Assembly: GCF_006345805.1 (NCBI RefSeq)
Contig: NW_021832594.1
Coordinates: 43,612 to 107,611, forward strand
Direction: 5' to 3'
DNA: 64,000 nucleotides
Origin: Octopus sinensis
Taxonomy: Eukaryota
Part shown: positions 1 to 12,323 of the stretch, piece after piece
Position numbering within the stretch: position 1 is the stretch's first letter
Layout: each line of letters opens with the position of its first letter
Notes under the pieces: generated by a model
Database searches by the model: none
What the model was told of the DNA's origin: nothing
What the model saw: the letters and a program-made list of their open reading frames with translations, nothing else
Position numbers and translations under genes: made by a program

Positions 1-97
1 GCAGCTGTGCTCATCCATGCACACTGAGGCAGCTGTCCTCACCCACATGCATTGTGAGGCAGTTGTCCTCGTCCTTGTGCACCATGATGCAGCTGAG
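1..97. repeat. Three degenerate ~30 bp tandem units (gcagctgtcctca...), cut by the window edge
   Basis: gcagctgt at 1 and 29, gcagttgt at 59, gcagctga at 89. Confidence 0.5.
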
Positions 98-519
98 ATA
101 GGTAGGGGGATGAAGTAGTGAAGTACTCTGCATATAAGGCTGTATGTATATTTTGTTGACATGTACAAGATTATTATGTATGAGTTAAAAAGAGTGAATG
201 TGAAGATCAATCCTTATGGTAGTACATATGGAGAAATTGCAAGCTACCTAGGTAGCAACCTGAAAGATAGCTTGCCTATCAGCATTCTGTCTTGTTTCCT
301 ATTTGTTGTGTGTGCAGAGCTATTACATTATGGCAGATTGACTAAAGATGAAAGTAAAAATGTGAAATTCCTTCTTCCATCTATTGTAATCACACTTTAT
401 TTTAGTTTTTTTTTATTTCATGTGACATCATGCATTTTGTGGAGAAAATATAGAGTAATACCTCATTTTATGAGGACCTCCCTTATGAGACCCTGGGTTT
501 ATGAGTTTTATTTTCCAAG

Positions 520-708
520 CACAAGTTCTTAAACAAAGGGCAAAAGTTTCTACTACAATAATAAATGGTTCTACATGTTACCGAGAAATTTATAGAGAGC
601 AAAAAACAGCTTCTTCTATGCAAACAACTCTAGATTTGCTTTTTAAAAAGAAGTCTTCCAGTCCATCTATGAATGCTTGTGAATCGGTGATTGCATCTAC
701 TAGCGATG
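520..708 (+). CDS. CENPI: CENP-I coding exon a (phase 1-1): QVLKQRAKVSTT...SSMQTTLDLLFKKK...STSD
   Basis: ttttattttccaag acceptor and G|gtgtgt donor. SSMQTTL resembles the vertebrate N-terminal SSFQTTL. Boundaries are less certain (alternative ATG at 501, alternative donor at 687). Confidence 0.55.
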
Positions 709-764
709 GTGTGTATGGGTGTAATGCGAGTGAAATTGGGGATTTGTGCTGGTGACTGGACAGG

Positions 765-950
765 TTCCTGTGCTGGTGGCGCACCCACAACACTCTCGGA
801 GTGGTTGGTGTTAGGAAGGGCATCCAGCTGTAGAAACTCGGCCAGATCAGATTGGAGCCTGGTGCAGCCAACTGGTTCGCTAGTCCTCAGTCAAGTTGTC
901 CAACCCATGCTAGCATAGAAAGTGGACATTAAACGATGATGATAATGATG
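765..950 (+). mobile_element. RTE 3'-tail copy (S3) with (GAT)n
   Basis: gagtggttgg..ttaggaagggcatccagc...ttaaacgatgatga, shared with 54120-54300. Confidence 0.88.
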
Positions 951-1390
951 ATCTTGACATTCTTCTTACTTTACATATAATATTCTTTATATTCTTCTGT
1001 TGTATAATTGCTATTTATTTATAAGTATTGTAAATTTTATCGGTAAAACATTTTTCTGGGAACGAATTACAATTTATAACATTGCTACTATGGGAAATCA
1101 TTGCTCTGCTTTACGAGTGGTCCCCAGGAATAAATCAACTTGTATATGAGGGCATTACTGTATGTTTGTCTCTTGCATGCTTATCAACAGTTTATTCATT
1201 GATGCCCAAATATTGATATCCATGAACAAACAATCTTGAGAGAAAGCATGTTCAAATGCATGTGTATGATAGACTTTTGCATAGTTTATGCCAACCAAAT
1301 TTCACTAGCAGGACTTTGTTCATTGCAAAGTTGCAGTTGAAAATTGGTATTTCCTTATTATATATATACTCAGGGTGCTCTGGTTAAATT

Positions 1391-4300
1391 TGATTATTAT
1401 TATTATTATTATTATTCTATGTTTGACTTTTGCGTTATGTCTGTACAAGTTGGCTCCAAGTCTCACCCAGAGACCTCAAGAGACAACAGGTTGGAAGTTC
1501 ACGTTGTTGTTATGCCTAGTGTGCCATATATTTGGGGGTTTTTTTGGTGTTGTACTAGTGAATGTCTAATACATAAAAAAAAAAAAGTTTGTTTTAAACC
1601 TTGGGATTACATAGAAAGTATTTTGCGTAGGATATGAGCAGTTCCCATGAGCACTGTCTTTTGAATTTCTGCCATTTTGGGGTTTCCTGGTATCTGAGTT
1701 AGGTAGCAATCAGTCCCAGGGCACCTATGACAACAGGTATTGTTTTAGTCTTCAGCTTCCACATTTTGCTGATTTCTATTTCAAGATCTTTATATTAGCT
1801 CAGTTTTTGGTAGGTCTTGACAGATATGTTTATATTGATTGGGACAGTCATATCAATGAGGAGGCATGTTCTTTGTCTGAAGTCTTTCAATATGATGTCT
1901 GGCCTATTTGAATCTATCTTTCTGTCAGTTTGAATGGTGAAGTTCCAGAGGAGTGAGATGTGGTCATTTTCAAGCACTGGAGGTGGATTGTGTTCCCACC
2001 AGTTTTTTTCATGGGGCAAATCCAGGTTTTTGCAAATTACCCAGTGAATATATTGTGCAGCTCTATCATGCCTGTTGAGGTACTCTGTAGGTGCTAGAAG
2101 ACTGCATTTGGAGACAACATGATCAATGGTTTCATTTTGTTGTCGGCATACATGACATGTTGGGCTACTGCCGTTCTTTAATATGTTGGCCTGGTAGTTT
2201 CTTGTTGGTAGGCATTGATCTTGAGCTGCTATGATAAACCCCTCTGTTTCAGATTTTAAGTCAGAGGCCATTAGCCATTGATGGGTCAGGGCTTTGTCAA
2301 TATCTGCATTATTCGCTCTCTTTGGGTATTTGCCATAGAGAGGTTTTTCTTGTCATTTATTATTCAGAATATCTAAGGCCGCAGTTTTGGCATGGGTTTT
2401 CATGCGCCTAGCTTTTTCTGTGCTTGTTTCTTGTATGTCTATCTCTAATTCCGAAATTGGTTGTATTTGGAATTCACTTAGATATTCCTGTGCCTGTTTT
2501 GTTACTGAGTATGATGCTTTCTTGTTTTCATGTTTTGAGACAAGTTTTAACATCCAGTCCTCAGACTTTTTCAGGTAGGTGTCTAGGCCAATTGTAGCAA
2601 TCTTCGTTGTTATTGCCAGTTGCAAAAGACCACGGCCTCCCTTTTTTCTTGGCAGATAAAGTCGTTCTGTATCTGCCTTAGGGTGGTGCATTCTATGCAT
2701 TGTCAACAGTTTTCTTATTTTACTGTCGAGCTGACATATTTCAGTAATTGACCAGTTAACGATATTGAAACTGTAAGTCACGACTGGTATGGCTAATGCA
2801 TTGATCACTTCGATCCTGTTTCTTGCATTCAGCTCTGTCTTGAGTATTGCTCTCACTCTTCGATAGCATTCTCTCCTGATCCTTTCCTTCATCTCTGAAT
2901 GCCTTATTCCGTTCCCTTCAATTACCCCTAGGTACTTGTAGCTCTCCGCTGGGTCTAGTTCTTTTATGACATTCTGCTGGTCAAGATTAATGTTAGATGT
3001 TTCTGTCATTTTTCCTTTGATAAAGGTAGCTTTTGCACATTTATCGAGGCCAAATTACATTCTGATGTCGTCACTGAATTGTTTGACTATCGCTAGTAAG
3101 CCCTTGAGTTGTTGGTCATTTTTTGCAAAGAGCTATAAATCATCCATGTAAATGAGATGATTTATATTTTTATCAAACATTTTATACCCGTACTGCGCGT
3201 CATTGAGCAGTTTTGAGAGCCTTAAGGTTTTTCAAATATTCAATGTCAGATCTAAATAGTTTAATTTGTTGTTGCAGACGCTCTTGCCAAGAAGGCTTTT
3301 TGTGGGAATGTTGCCGTTTTCTAATCTTTTCATCACATAGGATCGTTGAGATTTTCGCGGATGCATAGTATAGGTGGTTGAGATTTGTGATATCAACATC
3401 ATTAGCTGAAATTATATCCTTAAGTGCGAGCCGGATTTTACCAATTATTTTCATGTTTTGGTTAGAGTTGCGGATTTTATGGAGTGTATCACGTTCATCC
3501 ATGCTGGTTTCTTTAATTTTCAGCCATTCAATCATGATTTGATTTTTTAGTTCATGTAGTTCTGTTGGGTCAATATTTGTGTGACTTTCTTTATCTATTT
3601 GATGTTCATCTGTCTTAGTGTCTATGATTGGTTCAGGGAGTATTTCACTTTGTCTATCACTTATACTAACTCTTTCAATCCTTACTTCGTTTTTATCAGC
3701 CCTGGGCTGGTCTATAATTATTTCCTCTGTATTATCTTCTCTAGCTGCAGCTTCGTTCATTTTATCTGATATTGCTTGTCTAACTTGATCAATCTCTACT
3801 TCAGTCAGTAATTTTTTTTTATAATGTTTCTTCTGACGTTGGCAAGTTTGTTACTGTGTATGTAGGGTCTTACTTCAGGGTGTTTCTGTCTCCAGTTTAA
3901 GTATGTTTGTACAGTGTTAGATTTATCTGTGGGGAAATATATGGCATGGTAGAAGGCCTCAAGAACTTCTTTATTATCTTCCCTAGACCATTTTTCCTTC
4001 TTTTTCTTTTGATTATTTGGTGACAAGCATGGATGGCCATCTGTTGGAATATTCCGGTTGTGGGGTACGTCCAGCTCCTGTGTGTTGAGAAGATTTGATC
4101 CAGTAGCTGATTTTTCAATCAGAATTTGGTTCAATATTCAGGTACATGGTCTTTTGTAATCCATGCAACAACCAATGCGATTTATTGTTTGATTTGTTGA
4201 CATTGAAGCATGACAAGCTTCCATTCTTATATTAGGAGATGGATCTGTCAGTTTAGGGTTCTCTACACATAAGCATTGCTTGTAGTGCAGCTTCTTAAGG

Positions 4301-4550
4301 CTAGCAGATCTGTATTTGTCTGTATTTTTTTTGTTGATAGTTTTATCTTGGAACATTTTTTTCCCCTTCTCTTCCTTTTTTCCTCTCTCTTTCTCTCTAT
4401 CTCCTTCTTCTCCTTTTTCCTTCCTTCTTTTCCCTTCCTCTTTTAAACTTATAAAAGGCTCACTCTGCCTGTATTAGTTCCCAATAATGAGAATAGAATA
4501 CAGAGAAAGAAAATAAAATAAAAGGGATCTGTCAAGTTATTATTGTTATT
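1391..4550 (-). mobile_element. R4/Dong-clade non-LTR retrotransposon (RT + CCHC + restriction-like endonuclease), internally deleted, in a (TAA)n tract
   Basis: ORF 1795..2271 has CxxC-HxxxxC and RPDI...LLID endonuclease motifs. ORF 2353..3009 is the RT thumb (YKYLG, LYLPRKKGGRGL). YMDD at 3139-3150. N-terminal KWSREDN motif ~3990. (TAA)n tail at 1391-1416. Confidence 0.9.
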
Positions 4551-5389
4551 ACTATCACCTTCATCACCATCATCATCATCAACATCATCATCATCATCAT
4601 CATCAATGACATTGTTTTATGTGTAGTCACAGCCACAGCCACCATCAACACCACTACTGCCATTGTGTGGGGGAATGGTTGGTTAAAGAGGTCATGGTCT
4701 ATGGGTCTATAAATAGATTCAGCAGATGGTGGAGACAAAGGACATTAATAGTCAGTAAAAGGTCAAACCTGTTTACATTTATTTATTTATTTTTTTTCCT
4801 TTCTCTTTTCTTCCTTTCCACATACATATGTATATGTATATGTTTACTCACACACACATATTATCTGATGTTTATGTCAATGATTTTTTTTTTTTTAAAA
4901 TTTCTGAATTCAATGTTATGTATATATTTTTTTAATTTCTGAATTCAGCTGTATGTATATATTAGCAGGTGCTTAATTCCATAATTTTTTATCATGCATT
5001 TAATTGTGTTGTTACAATAAAAGGCAATTTTACACATTCTTATAGTCATGAGAGAAGACTAAATGTAAATGTTCACACAGAATTGGAGATATTTATGTTT
5101 CTAATTTTTCTTGTTAGGTGTACGTTTGTATGAGCTGTAGATATGTAAGTTCCTTAACTTATTTTGAGGGAAATTCAAATTGCTCACAGAAAACAGTAGA
5201 TCTTCCAGTTTTCTACAGTTGTTTTTTTTTTATTATTATTATTTTTTATTATTATTATTTTTATTATTATTATTATTATTATTGTCTCCTTTTGTCAGAA
5301 ACTATTTGATGTATTGGTGAGCAGTCAACAACATTGGAGAGCATAAGGATTAAAGTTGTAGTGGAGAAAAAGTTAGTTGGCATAGAGGA

Positions 5390-5905
5390 CCGAAAGCCAT
5401 CTGAATATTGGAAAAGAGTTATCTGTATGATGATGATTCCTGCTGGGTATCAAAACGCTGACATCATGACTGCCACTCAATGCTCTGTGAACATTGTAAA
5501 GGCTATAAAATGTGACAGACATTATGGAAACAAAGTTCCCCAAAACTTTGATGGTTCTTTGGCTGTGTCTCCATGGAAGGTGATGTCATGCCATCCATCT
5601 TTGAACAGGGCCTTTGGCTCAATTCAAATGGTCAATCAATGGAAATTGTAGTCGTGATCCCTGTGCCGGTGGCACGTAAAAAGAGAATTTCTATGACTTC
5701 ACCGGCCCCAAATTCTGGCCTCCTAATTCCCTTAATTATAATACCATAAATTAATGTGTGGGGCATGGTTGAGAAAGACACAAACTGCTCTACCTGAAAC
5801 ACCAAGATCAAGGACGTGTTCCAGGGCATAGTGAGGAACACATGTACCTTTCTCCAGAACCATCTTGAGGTCAAAGTGGAAACTGAGAGTGGCTACTTTG
5901 AGTAA
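5390..5905 (+). mobile_element. Decayed Tc1/mariner-type transposase remnant
   Basis: FWPPNS, VWGMVEKDTN and C-terminal HLEVKVETESGYFE-stop fragments across frameshifts. Confidence 0.6.
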
Positions 5906-6107
5906 AAACTCTTACCTCCCAACCATAATCTAGTTGATATTTTGTTTTTTATAATACTTTATTGTTGGATGAGATATTGTATTTTCGTTTCCTTATATGC
6001 AAACTGTCGAATTTAGCTCTAATATAATTTATATGCACACACACACACATATTGTTCGTTCTTGTTTCATTTTAATTTTCTTTAATTTTTTTTATTTTCC
6101 TTATAAG

Positions 6108-6238
6108 GAATTCGAATTAGTTGTGATCTCATTCAGTGTTGTATCCCACAAACAACTTTCCCACAAAGAGCTGCCATCAGACTTCTATCATGTATAAATC
6201 ATCACACTATTTCAGAAAAAGCCAATACATCATTCACG
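6108..6238 (+). CDS. CENPI: CENP-I exon b (phase 1-0): IRISCDLIQCCIPQTTFPQRAAIRLLSCINHHTISEKANTSFT
   Basis: Long pyrimidine tract plus ataag acceptor, gtgagt donor; resembles TRILKCMIPATV. Confidence 0.85.
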
Positions 6239-6373
6239 GTGAGTGTATAAAAAAGTTTTATCATTGTACATCATGTTAAAATAAATCCATTTGGTTCTAT
6301 TACAGAAGACTGAGTGCTGTGCTTTGCAGGTTAATGTGATGCACCTAACAGATGACACTTCCACATTTGTAGG

Positions 6374-6815
6374 TGCAGACTTGGCTACATAGTAAGAAGT
6401 TTGCTTCCCAGCTGCATGGATCTGGGTTCAGTCCCACTGTGTGGCACCTTAAGCAAGCGTTTTCTACTATAGTCTTGGGCTGACCATCTGAAAGAAGCCC
6501 GTCATATAGATATATACATGTGTGTAAGGCGGCGAGCTGGCAGAAACATTAGCACGCCGGGTGAAATAATTATCGATATTTTGTCTGCCGCTACGTTCTG
6601 AGTTCAAATTACGCCGAGGGCGACTTTACCTTTCATCCTTTCGGGGTCGATAAATTAAGTACCAGTTACGCACTGGGGTCGATGTAATCGACTTAATCCC
6701 TTTGTCCTTGTTTGTCCCTTCTATGTTTAGCCCCTTGTGGGCAATAAAGAAATAAGATATATACATGTGTGTGTTTTTGTGTCTGTGTTTGTACCACACC
6801 ACTGTTTGACAACCA
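6374..6815 (+). mobile_element. tRNA-derived SINE family S1 (CORE-like ggcaccttgggcaagtg), split by an S2 insertion
   Basis: Head 6374-6525 resumes at 6755. Confidence 0.8.
6526..6754 (+). mobile_element. tRNA-derived SINE family S2a (central cctttcatcctttcggggtcgataaa domain, Meta/MESC-like from memory) with 18 bp TSD
   Basis: AGATATATACATGTGTGT at 6508-6525 and 6755-6772. Confidence 0.92.
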
Positions 6816-6861
6816 GAGCCAGAGTAAGCGACATTGAATGAAATACAGTTATCTTTGATCA

Positions 6862-7205
6862 TGTTTCACTCATTAGATTGGCCACGCTGGGACCCTGCCT
6901 TGAAGAGTGTTAGTTGAACAAATCATTGCCAGTGTTTATTTTTTTTAATCCTGGTATTTGATATATTAGTTCCTTTTGCCAATCTGCTAAGTCATGGGGA
7001 TGTAAACAAACATAGATAGTCAAGCAATGGAGAGAGACAGACACAAGACATGCACACACAATGGGTTTCTTTCAGTTTCCATCTACAAAATCCACTTACA
7101 AGACTTTGGTCACCCCAAGGTTGTAGTAGAAAACATTTGCCCCAGGTGCTACAGAATGGGATTGAACCTAGAACTGTGTGGTTATGAAGCAAACCTCTTA
7201 CCACC
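6862..7205 (-). mobile_element. SINE S1, decayed
   Basis: ctttcagtttccatctacaaaatcc...ggattgaacc. Confidence 0.75.
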
Positions 7206-7431
7206 CAACCAGACTAATTTAATATGTTTGTGTACACTTGAACATAGAAAAGGCAATATGCTGCCCAAAGTGTCTTGAGCAAGGAAATTATTGTAGATAA
7301 TGCTGATGTAAACTCACCAATAGGCCGAGAAATTGTAAATTCAAATTTAACATCACATTGCATAACTCTGTTTGATTTCCTTTACAACACCAAATATGTA
7401 AATTAATTATGTTTCTCGTTTAATATTTCAG

Positions 7432-7539
7432 AAATTAGTATTTCACTGGATTGTACTTGTCATGCCATACATGGATGCCTATGATAAGCTTCATGCAGTG
7501 TACAATGTGTTCTTTTATCTTCTCAGAAATTATGATATT
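7432..7539 (+). CDS. CENPI: CENP-I exon c: KLVFHWIVLVMPYMDAYDKLHAVYNVFFYLLRNYDI
   Basis: tttcag / gtaagt, 108 nt, open frame. Confidence 0.92.
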
Positions 7540-8117
7540 GTAAGTATCCTTCTAATTCTTCTTCGGGTTTCTGTATACGGTTTATCTCTGATAAAATTGC
7601 TAGAACTGCTAACCTTATTTTCTGATGTTATTTGGCTTGTAGTTGGTGCAAATTCTTGAGCAGAGATTTATTGCCATGCCTACATTTGTACATTATCTCT
7701 TACTTCTTACAATTGATCAGTAACATGATATCTGTCTGTCTTTGTCATCTGATGTGTGACACACCTTGCACCTGTACAGGCAATGTCTATTTGAAAAGAA
7801 TGAGCTTATGTACTGCACAATTATCAAATCACTATAAACACATCATCTGAGCAGGTTGTTCAGTGAATTACAAAACTCACATCTCTCATTTACAATGGGA
7901 AAGTCCATTGTATGTGTACACATACATATATGTGAGTGTGGATTCATGCTATGAGGGGGTCATCCCCAGAGTGCTACTATGCAGCAAACTGGCCAAGAAG
8001 CAAAGCAGTTGATAATGTTTACAACACTTGTGCTGCTTTTCATTCATAACTATATTTAATCTTACATATTCTTTGCCGTGACCTCCCAGGAAATGATTCT
8101 CACACTATTTGTATATA

Positions 8118-8955
8118 CAGGGGTTGGACAAAATAATTGAAACACCTTAAAATTTCAAACAAATTTATTTTAACATGGGGTAAGTGCTGCCTTTGGCAGT
8201 AATTACAGCTTGAATTCTATGTGGTATGGGCTCATACAAAGTTTGAATTGTTTCTAAAGGAATTTTTGTCCATTCTTCACCTAAAACAGTCTCCAGTTTT
8301 TGTAGTTATGATGGTGGAGGATATCGACTCCTTACTCTTTTTTCTAAAATGCACCATAAATGTTCAATAATATTTAGATCTGGGGGACTGTGGTGGCCAG
8401 ATAAGATGTTTTTTTTTTACTTCACTAAAATGTTCCTTGTGCCATTCAGTAATAACTATAGCTGTATGAATTGGTGCATTATCATCCTGAAAGATTGCAA
8501 CCATAGGATGAATTTGATCAGGTAAAATGCTTAAATAGTCTTGACTATTAATTCTGCCATGAAGGGAAACCATTAGGCTGGTGGATTTCCAAGTTATAGC
8601 CCCCCAGATCATCACAGATCTTCCTCCATGTTTCACAGATGGAAGAAGGCAGTCTGGGTTAAATGCTGTTTTTGGCTGTATCCACATGTATACTCAGCCA
8701 GTGGTCGGAAATTAGGTAAAGGATGACTCGTCTGAGAAAATAACATCCTTCCACTGTTCTAAGGACCAATTCTATAGGTTTTTACTCCACTCTAAACACT
8801 TTGCAGCATTTTTTTTTGAAAGTAGTGGTTTTCTGATTGCAACCCTCCTGTGAAATCCGGCTTTGTGCAGCTCCTGGCAAACAGTTTTTGTGGAAACTGG
8901 ATTCTCGAGGTGGTCATTAAGGCATACGTAGAAACTCCATAAGATATACCTGGTG
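8118..8955 (-). mobile_element. Tc1-like DD34E transposon fragment with one TIR, truncated by an RTE insertion
   Basis: TA+CAGGGTTGGACAAAATAATTGAAACAC end; KHGGRSVMIWG, FQDDNAPIH, WPPQSP; Tc3-type HTH in ORF 8772..8969. Confidence 0.88.
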
Positions 8956-8959
8956 TAAG

Positions 8960-10105
8960 CTATGGACACATAAGAAGTGCAGCAAAGTCAAAGAAAGGTT
9001 AACTGGGAAGATTAGTTTTTGTGTGTGGCAGATGTACAGGTGCAATAAATGCCGAAGATGTACAGAAAACATTCCATCACATGCCAAGGGAGAAAAACTA
9101 GTAGTTAACCGCTTCTGTTATCTAAGTGACCAAGTCAGTAGCGGGAGTGGATGCTCTGAGAGCGTGGCTGCTAGAATAAGACTGGCCTGGGCAAAGTTCA
9201 GAGAGCTCCTACCTCTGCTGGTAACAAAGGGCCTCTTGCTCATAGTAAAAGGTTGACTGTATGATGCCTGCATGTGAAAAGCCATGCTACTTGACGGTGG
9301 AACATGGGCGGCGACTGGTGAGGACATGCGTAGGCTTCTAAGACACAAATCTAGTATGCTCTGCTGGATGTGTAATGTCAGTGTGCATACATGATAGTGT
9401 AAAGCACCCTGTGGGAGAAGTTGGACATAAGAAGCATCAGATGTGGTGTGCGGGAGAGACAACTGCACTAGTATGGTCATGTGATGTGTATGGATGAGGA
9501 CAGCTGTGTGAAGTGTCATACCCTAACAGTGAAGGGAACCTGTGGTAGAGGTAGACCCAGGAAGACATGGGATGAGGTGGTGAAGCATGGCCTTCAAACG
9601 TTGGGTCTCACAGGGGCAATGACAAGTGACTGAAATTTTTGGAGATCTGCTGTGCTTGAGAAGATCCGGCAAGCCAAATGAGATTGTAATTGTGGTTGAT
9701 GTCAAGGTCACGTAACTGGCCTGTTTAAAAGCACCCTTCAATCGTTGGTCAATATGCTGTGCTTGAGAAGAACTGTTGAGTCAAGTGAAATCATTGTCAT
9801 GGCTGACTGGCCTGTTCAACTGAGTGAATTTTAGTTATGGCTGATGCCAGTGCCACCTGAATGGTACCCATGCTGGTGGCACATAAAAAGCACCATTTGA
9901 GTGTGGCTGATGCCAGTGCAGCCTGACTAGCTTCTGTGCTTGTGGTATATAAAAATATAAAAGCACCCACTACACTCAGAGTGGTTGGCATTAGGAAGGG
10001 CATCCAGCTGTAAAAAACCTTGCCAGATCAGATTGGGGCCCAGTGCAGCCTCCCGCTTGTCCAACCCATGCCTATGTGGAAAGCGAACTTTAAATGACGA
10101 TGATG
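8960..10105 (+). mobile_element. 5'-truncated decayed RTE LINE (end of PHD region, RT C-terminus, 3' UTR with two array monomers, (GAT)n tail)
   Basis: Colinear with 52730-54300 of the young RTE copy. Confidence 0.88.
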
Positions 10106-10590
10106 AACAGGTTTCTTTCAGTTTCCATCTACCAAATCCACTCATAGTACTTTGTTTGACCAAAGACTAGTGCCACATAGTTGGACTGAACCTGGAATAA
10201 CGTGGCTGGTAAGCAAACTTCTTAGCACAAAGCCATGCCTATCCATCCATCCATCCAACCAGTAGCCTGTCATCTGAAATGTAATTCCTTCATGACCATA
10301 TATCTTATAGACATGCACTGCTTATGTCTTTCAAGTTTTCAAATAGTCAAAAGTGTGGAAGTAATTAACTATTTCTTGAAGCTGATATCAGAACCATAAT
10401 TTCACAAAAGTTTCTCATATAAAATCTATGCTGCAAAGTTTTAAATTAGTTCAGATTTCTTTAAAATGAATGATTTTTCTTTAAAAGAAGCAGAGTGGAT
10501 AACAAAACGGTTTGTATTAAACGCATTCTAGTCTACAGTTTATAACTGATTGCTTCTGCTCATATTTTGAAATTGTTTCTCTTCCTTCAG

Positions 10591-10686
10591 CTCCCAGAAA
10601 TCTGTTACATTTTGAGTGAGCTGACTTTATATCCTGATGTTACATTATTCCGAATAAATGAGCTGATTTTGTTGTGGAAGAAAACG
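10591..10686 (+). CDS. CENPI: CENP-I exon d: LPEICYILSELTLYPDVTLFRINELILLWKKT
   Basis: ccttcag / gtaaag, 96 nt; resembles CPYVCHLLYLLTKKENVKPFRVRKLL. Confidence 0.92.
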
Positions 10687-11658
10687 GTAAAGTGTTTCAT
10701 TGACATCGTCATTTAATGCTATTTCCATACTCATTGTCTGTTCTGTAAATGCAAAAATATTGATTTGTGATGTGACTGGTGCCAAACAAATTTTGTGACT
10801 AAGTGGAATTTCTAGAACGTTTTAAATTGCCAAGTTTCTCTTATCTATCCAACACAATCTTGAATATGTACTTTCTCTCTCTCATTTTATCCATGAACTT
10901 TCACTCTCCTCTTCCCTCTCTCGCACTCACACACATTTGCAAGTATGTATCTGTGATTGTTCAAACTGTGTTGTCACTTCTGTAAACAAATTGCTTGTTA
11001 CTTTGTTCTTGCAAAGTCATTTGATATAAGCGATGCTTTACTTGCAAATCACCTAAGGGTTAGTGACAGGAAGGGCATCCAACTGTAAAACAATGCCTTA
11101 GTCACATATATGTTTAAACAGTACTAGCATGGCAAAACACTGACCTGCTTGTACAGTTAAATGTGAACAGGCATTCCTTAAGGTTTGGTTCATTTGATTA
11201 AGGTTCTTAGTAGTTCAGTGTTTGGATTAGTGATGTTTGTGTGTATGTCATTCCTGAGATTTGTCTCTTTGACTTGATATTCATCTTCTTTGAATTTCAG
11301 AAAAACTGAAGTGTACAAAAATCAAACATACAGACTATTTGTGCATGTGCTAGAATAACAAAATTATTACCAAGTCAATTGGTCTCTTGGTTAAATCATA
11401 GGCCTTTTGACAGCCAGTGAGAAGGATCAAGTTAACTAATCAATTAGTTTCGGCTCTTGTTAAAGCCATCGTCAGGATTTGATTACTTGTTTACTGAGAC
11501 ACAAAAGTGTGCACCACTGACTGAACCAGACCTGACCTAATTTACATAAATGTTGCTAGAGTGGTTGAGCGTATTAATGAACTGCTACACTGACACAGCA
11601 TATATGAGATTAGCTTCATAAACAGTTCCAATTTTGTATTTAATAAGCATATCTATAT

Positions 11659-11940
11659 TCCCGTATGCCCACGGGCATATGGCGTAGTGGTAAAGAGTGC
11701 AAGCTACTAACCTCAAGATTCCGAATTCGATTCCAAGCAGTGACCTGAACAATAATAATAATAATAACATTGAAAAATTCCTTAGGAATGAGAACCCAGG
11801 TTCGAAATTTCCCCAAGATACCCGAAGAAGGCTGGAGGGTATATCAGCTGAAATGCTGTATTAACAACAAAGATGAAGACAAATATCCGTCAAATGTAAA
11901 TAATGTACATAATTCCTCATCTCTTAAATATAAAACTGTA
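11659..11940 (+). mobile_element. tRNA-headed, hammerhead-bearing short retroelement (family H1) with 5' inverted stub and 10 bp TSD
   Basis: A box TGGCGTAGTGG 11680-11690, B box 11723-11734, (AAT)n, hammerhead-like core 11817-11862; ATATCTATAT at 11649 and 11941. Confidence 0.75.
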
Positions 11941-12323
11941 ATATCTATATCCATCTGCCTATCTGGCTATCATCTTCATCATTTTAATGTTGACTTCTCC
12001 ATGCTTGATTCAACTACTTTGAATGCTTTACAGTTAATATGGTTTACAAGAGCTGCTGGCTCTGTTGTCAGTATGATATCTGCCAACCAGCTGAAGAGTC
12101 AGAGTTTATACTCTGTAAGCATTACTGCTCTATGTTTACAATGAAGGCACTTTACTCTGTTACATATCATAGACTGGAACTGTCTACTCCAGTAATCAGC
12201 ATCTACATTATATAAGTTCTAAGATCCTTATTTTCGTTTCTGCTGCCATCATTCCACACTGGACTCAATATTAATGAATGTAAGTTATATATCTTTTTCT
12301 CATTTGATGTTTTATCTTTTCAG

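Noticed and set aside
161-532. 123 aa ORF
   Set aside because: No recognisable motifs and low-complexity composition; overlaps the exon a acceptor in another frame
5118-5230. SSLTYFEG ORF as the missing CENP-I exon
   Set aside because: Phase-0 acceptor does not fit the preferred exon a donor, there is no credible phase-1 donor, and the similarity is only 3 residues
5883-5905. ESGYFE resembling CENP-I AVGYFE
   Set aside because: Followed by a stop; it is the C-terminus of the mariner-type remnant
5934-5965. VDILFFIIL resembling IDILLNIAL
   Set aside because: Poor splice signals; such residues arise by chance in T-rich DNA
11673-11745. tRNA gene
   Set aside because: A and B boxes are present but there is no acceptor stem, and it is part of a dispersed element; the same applies to S1 and S2 heads
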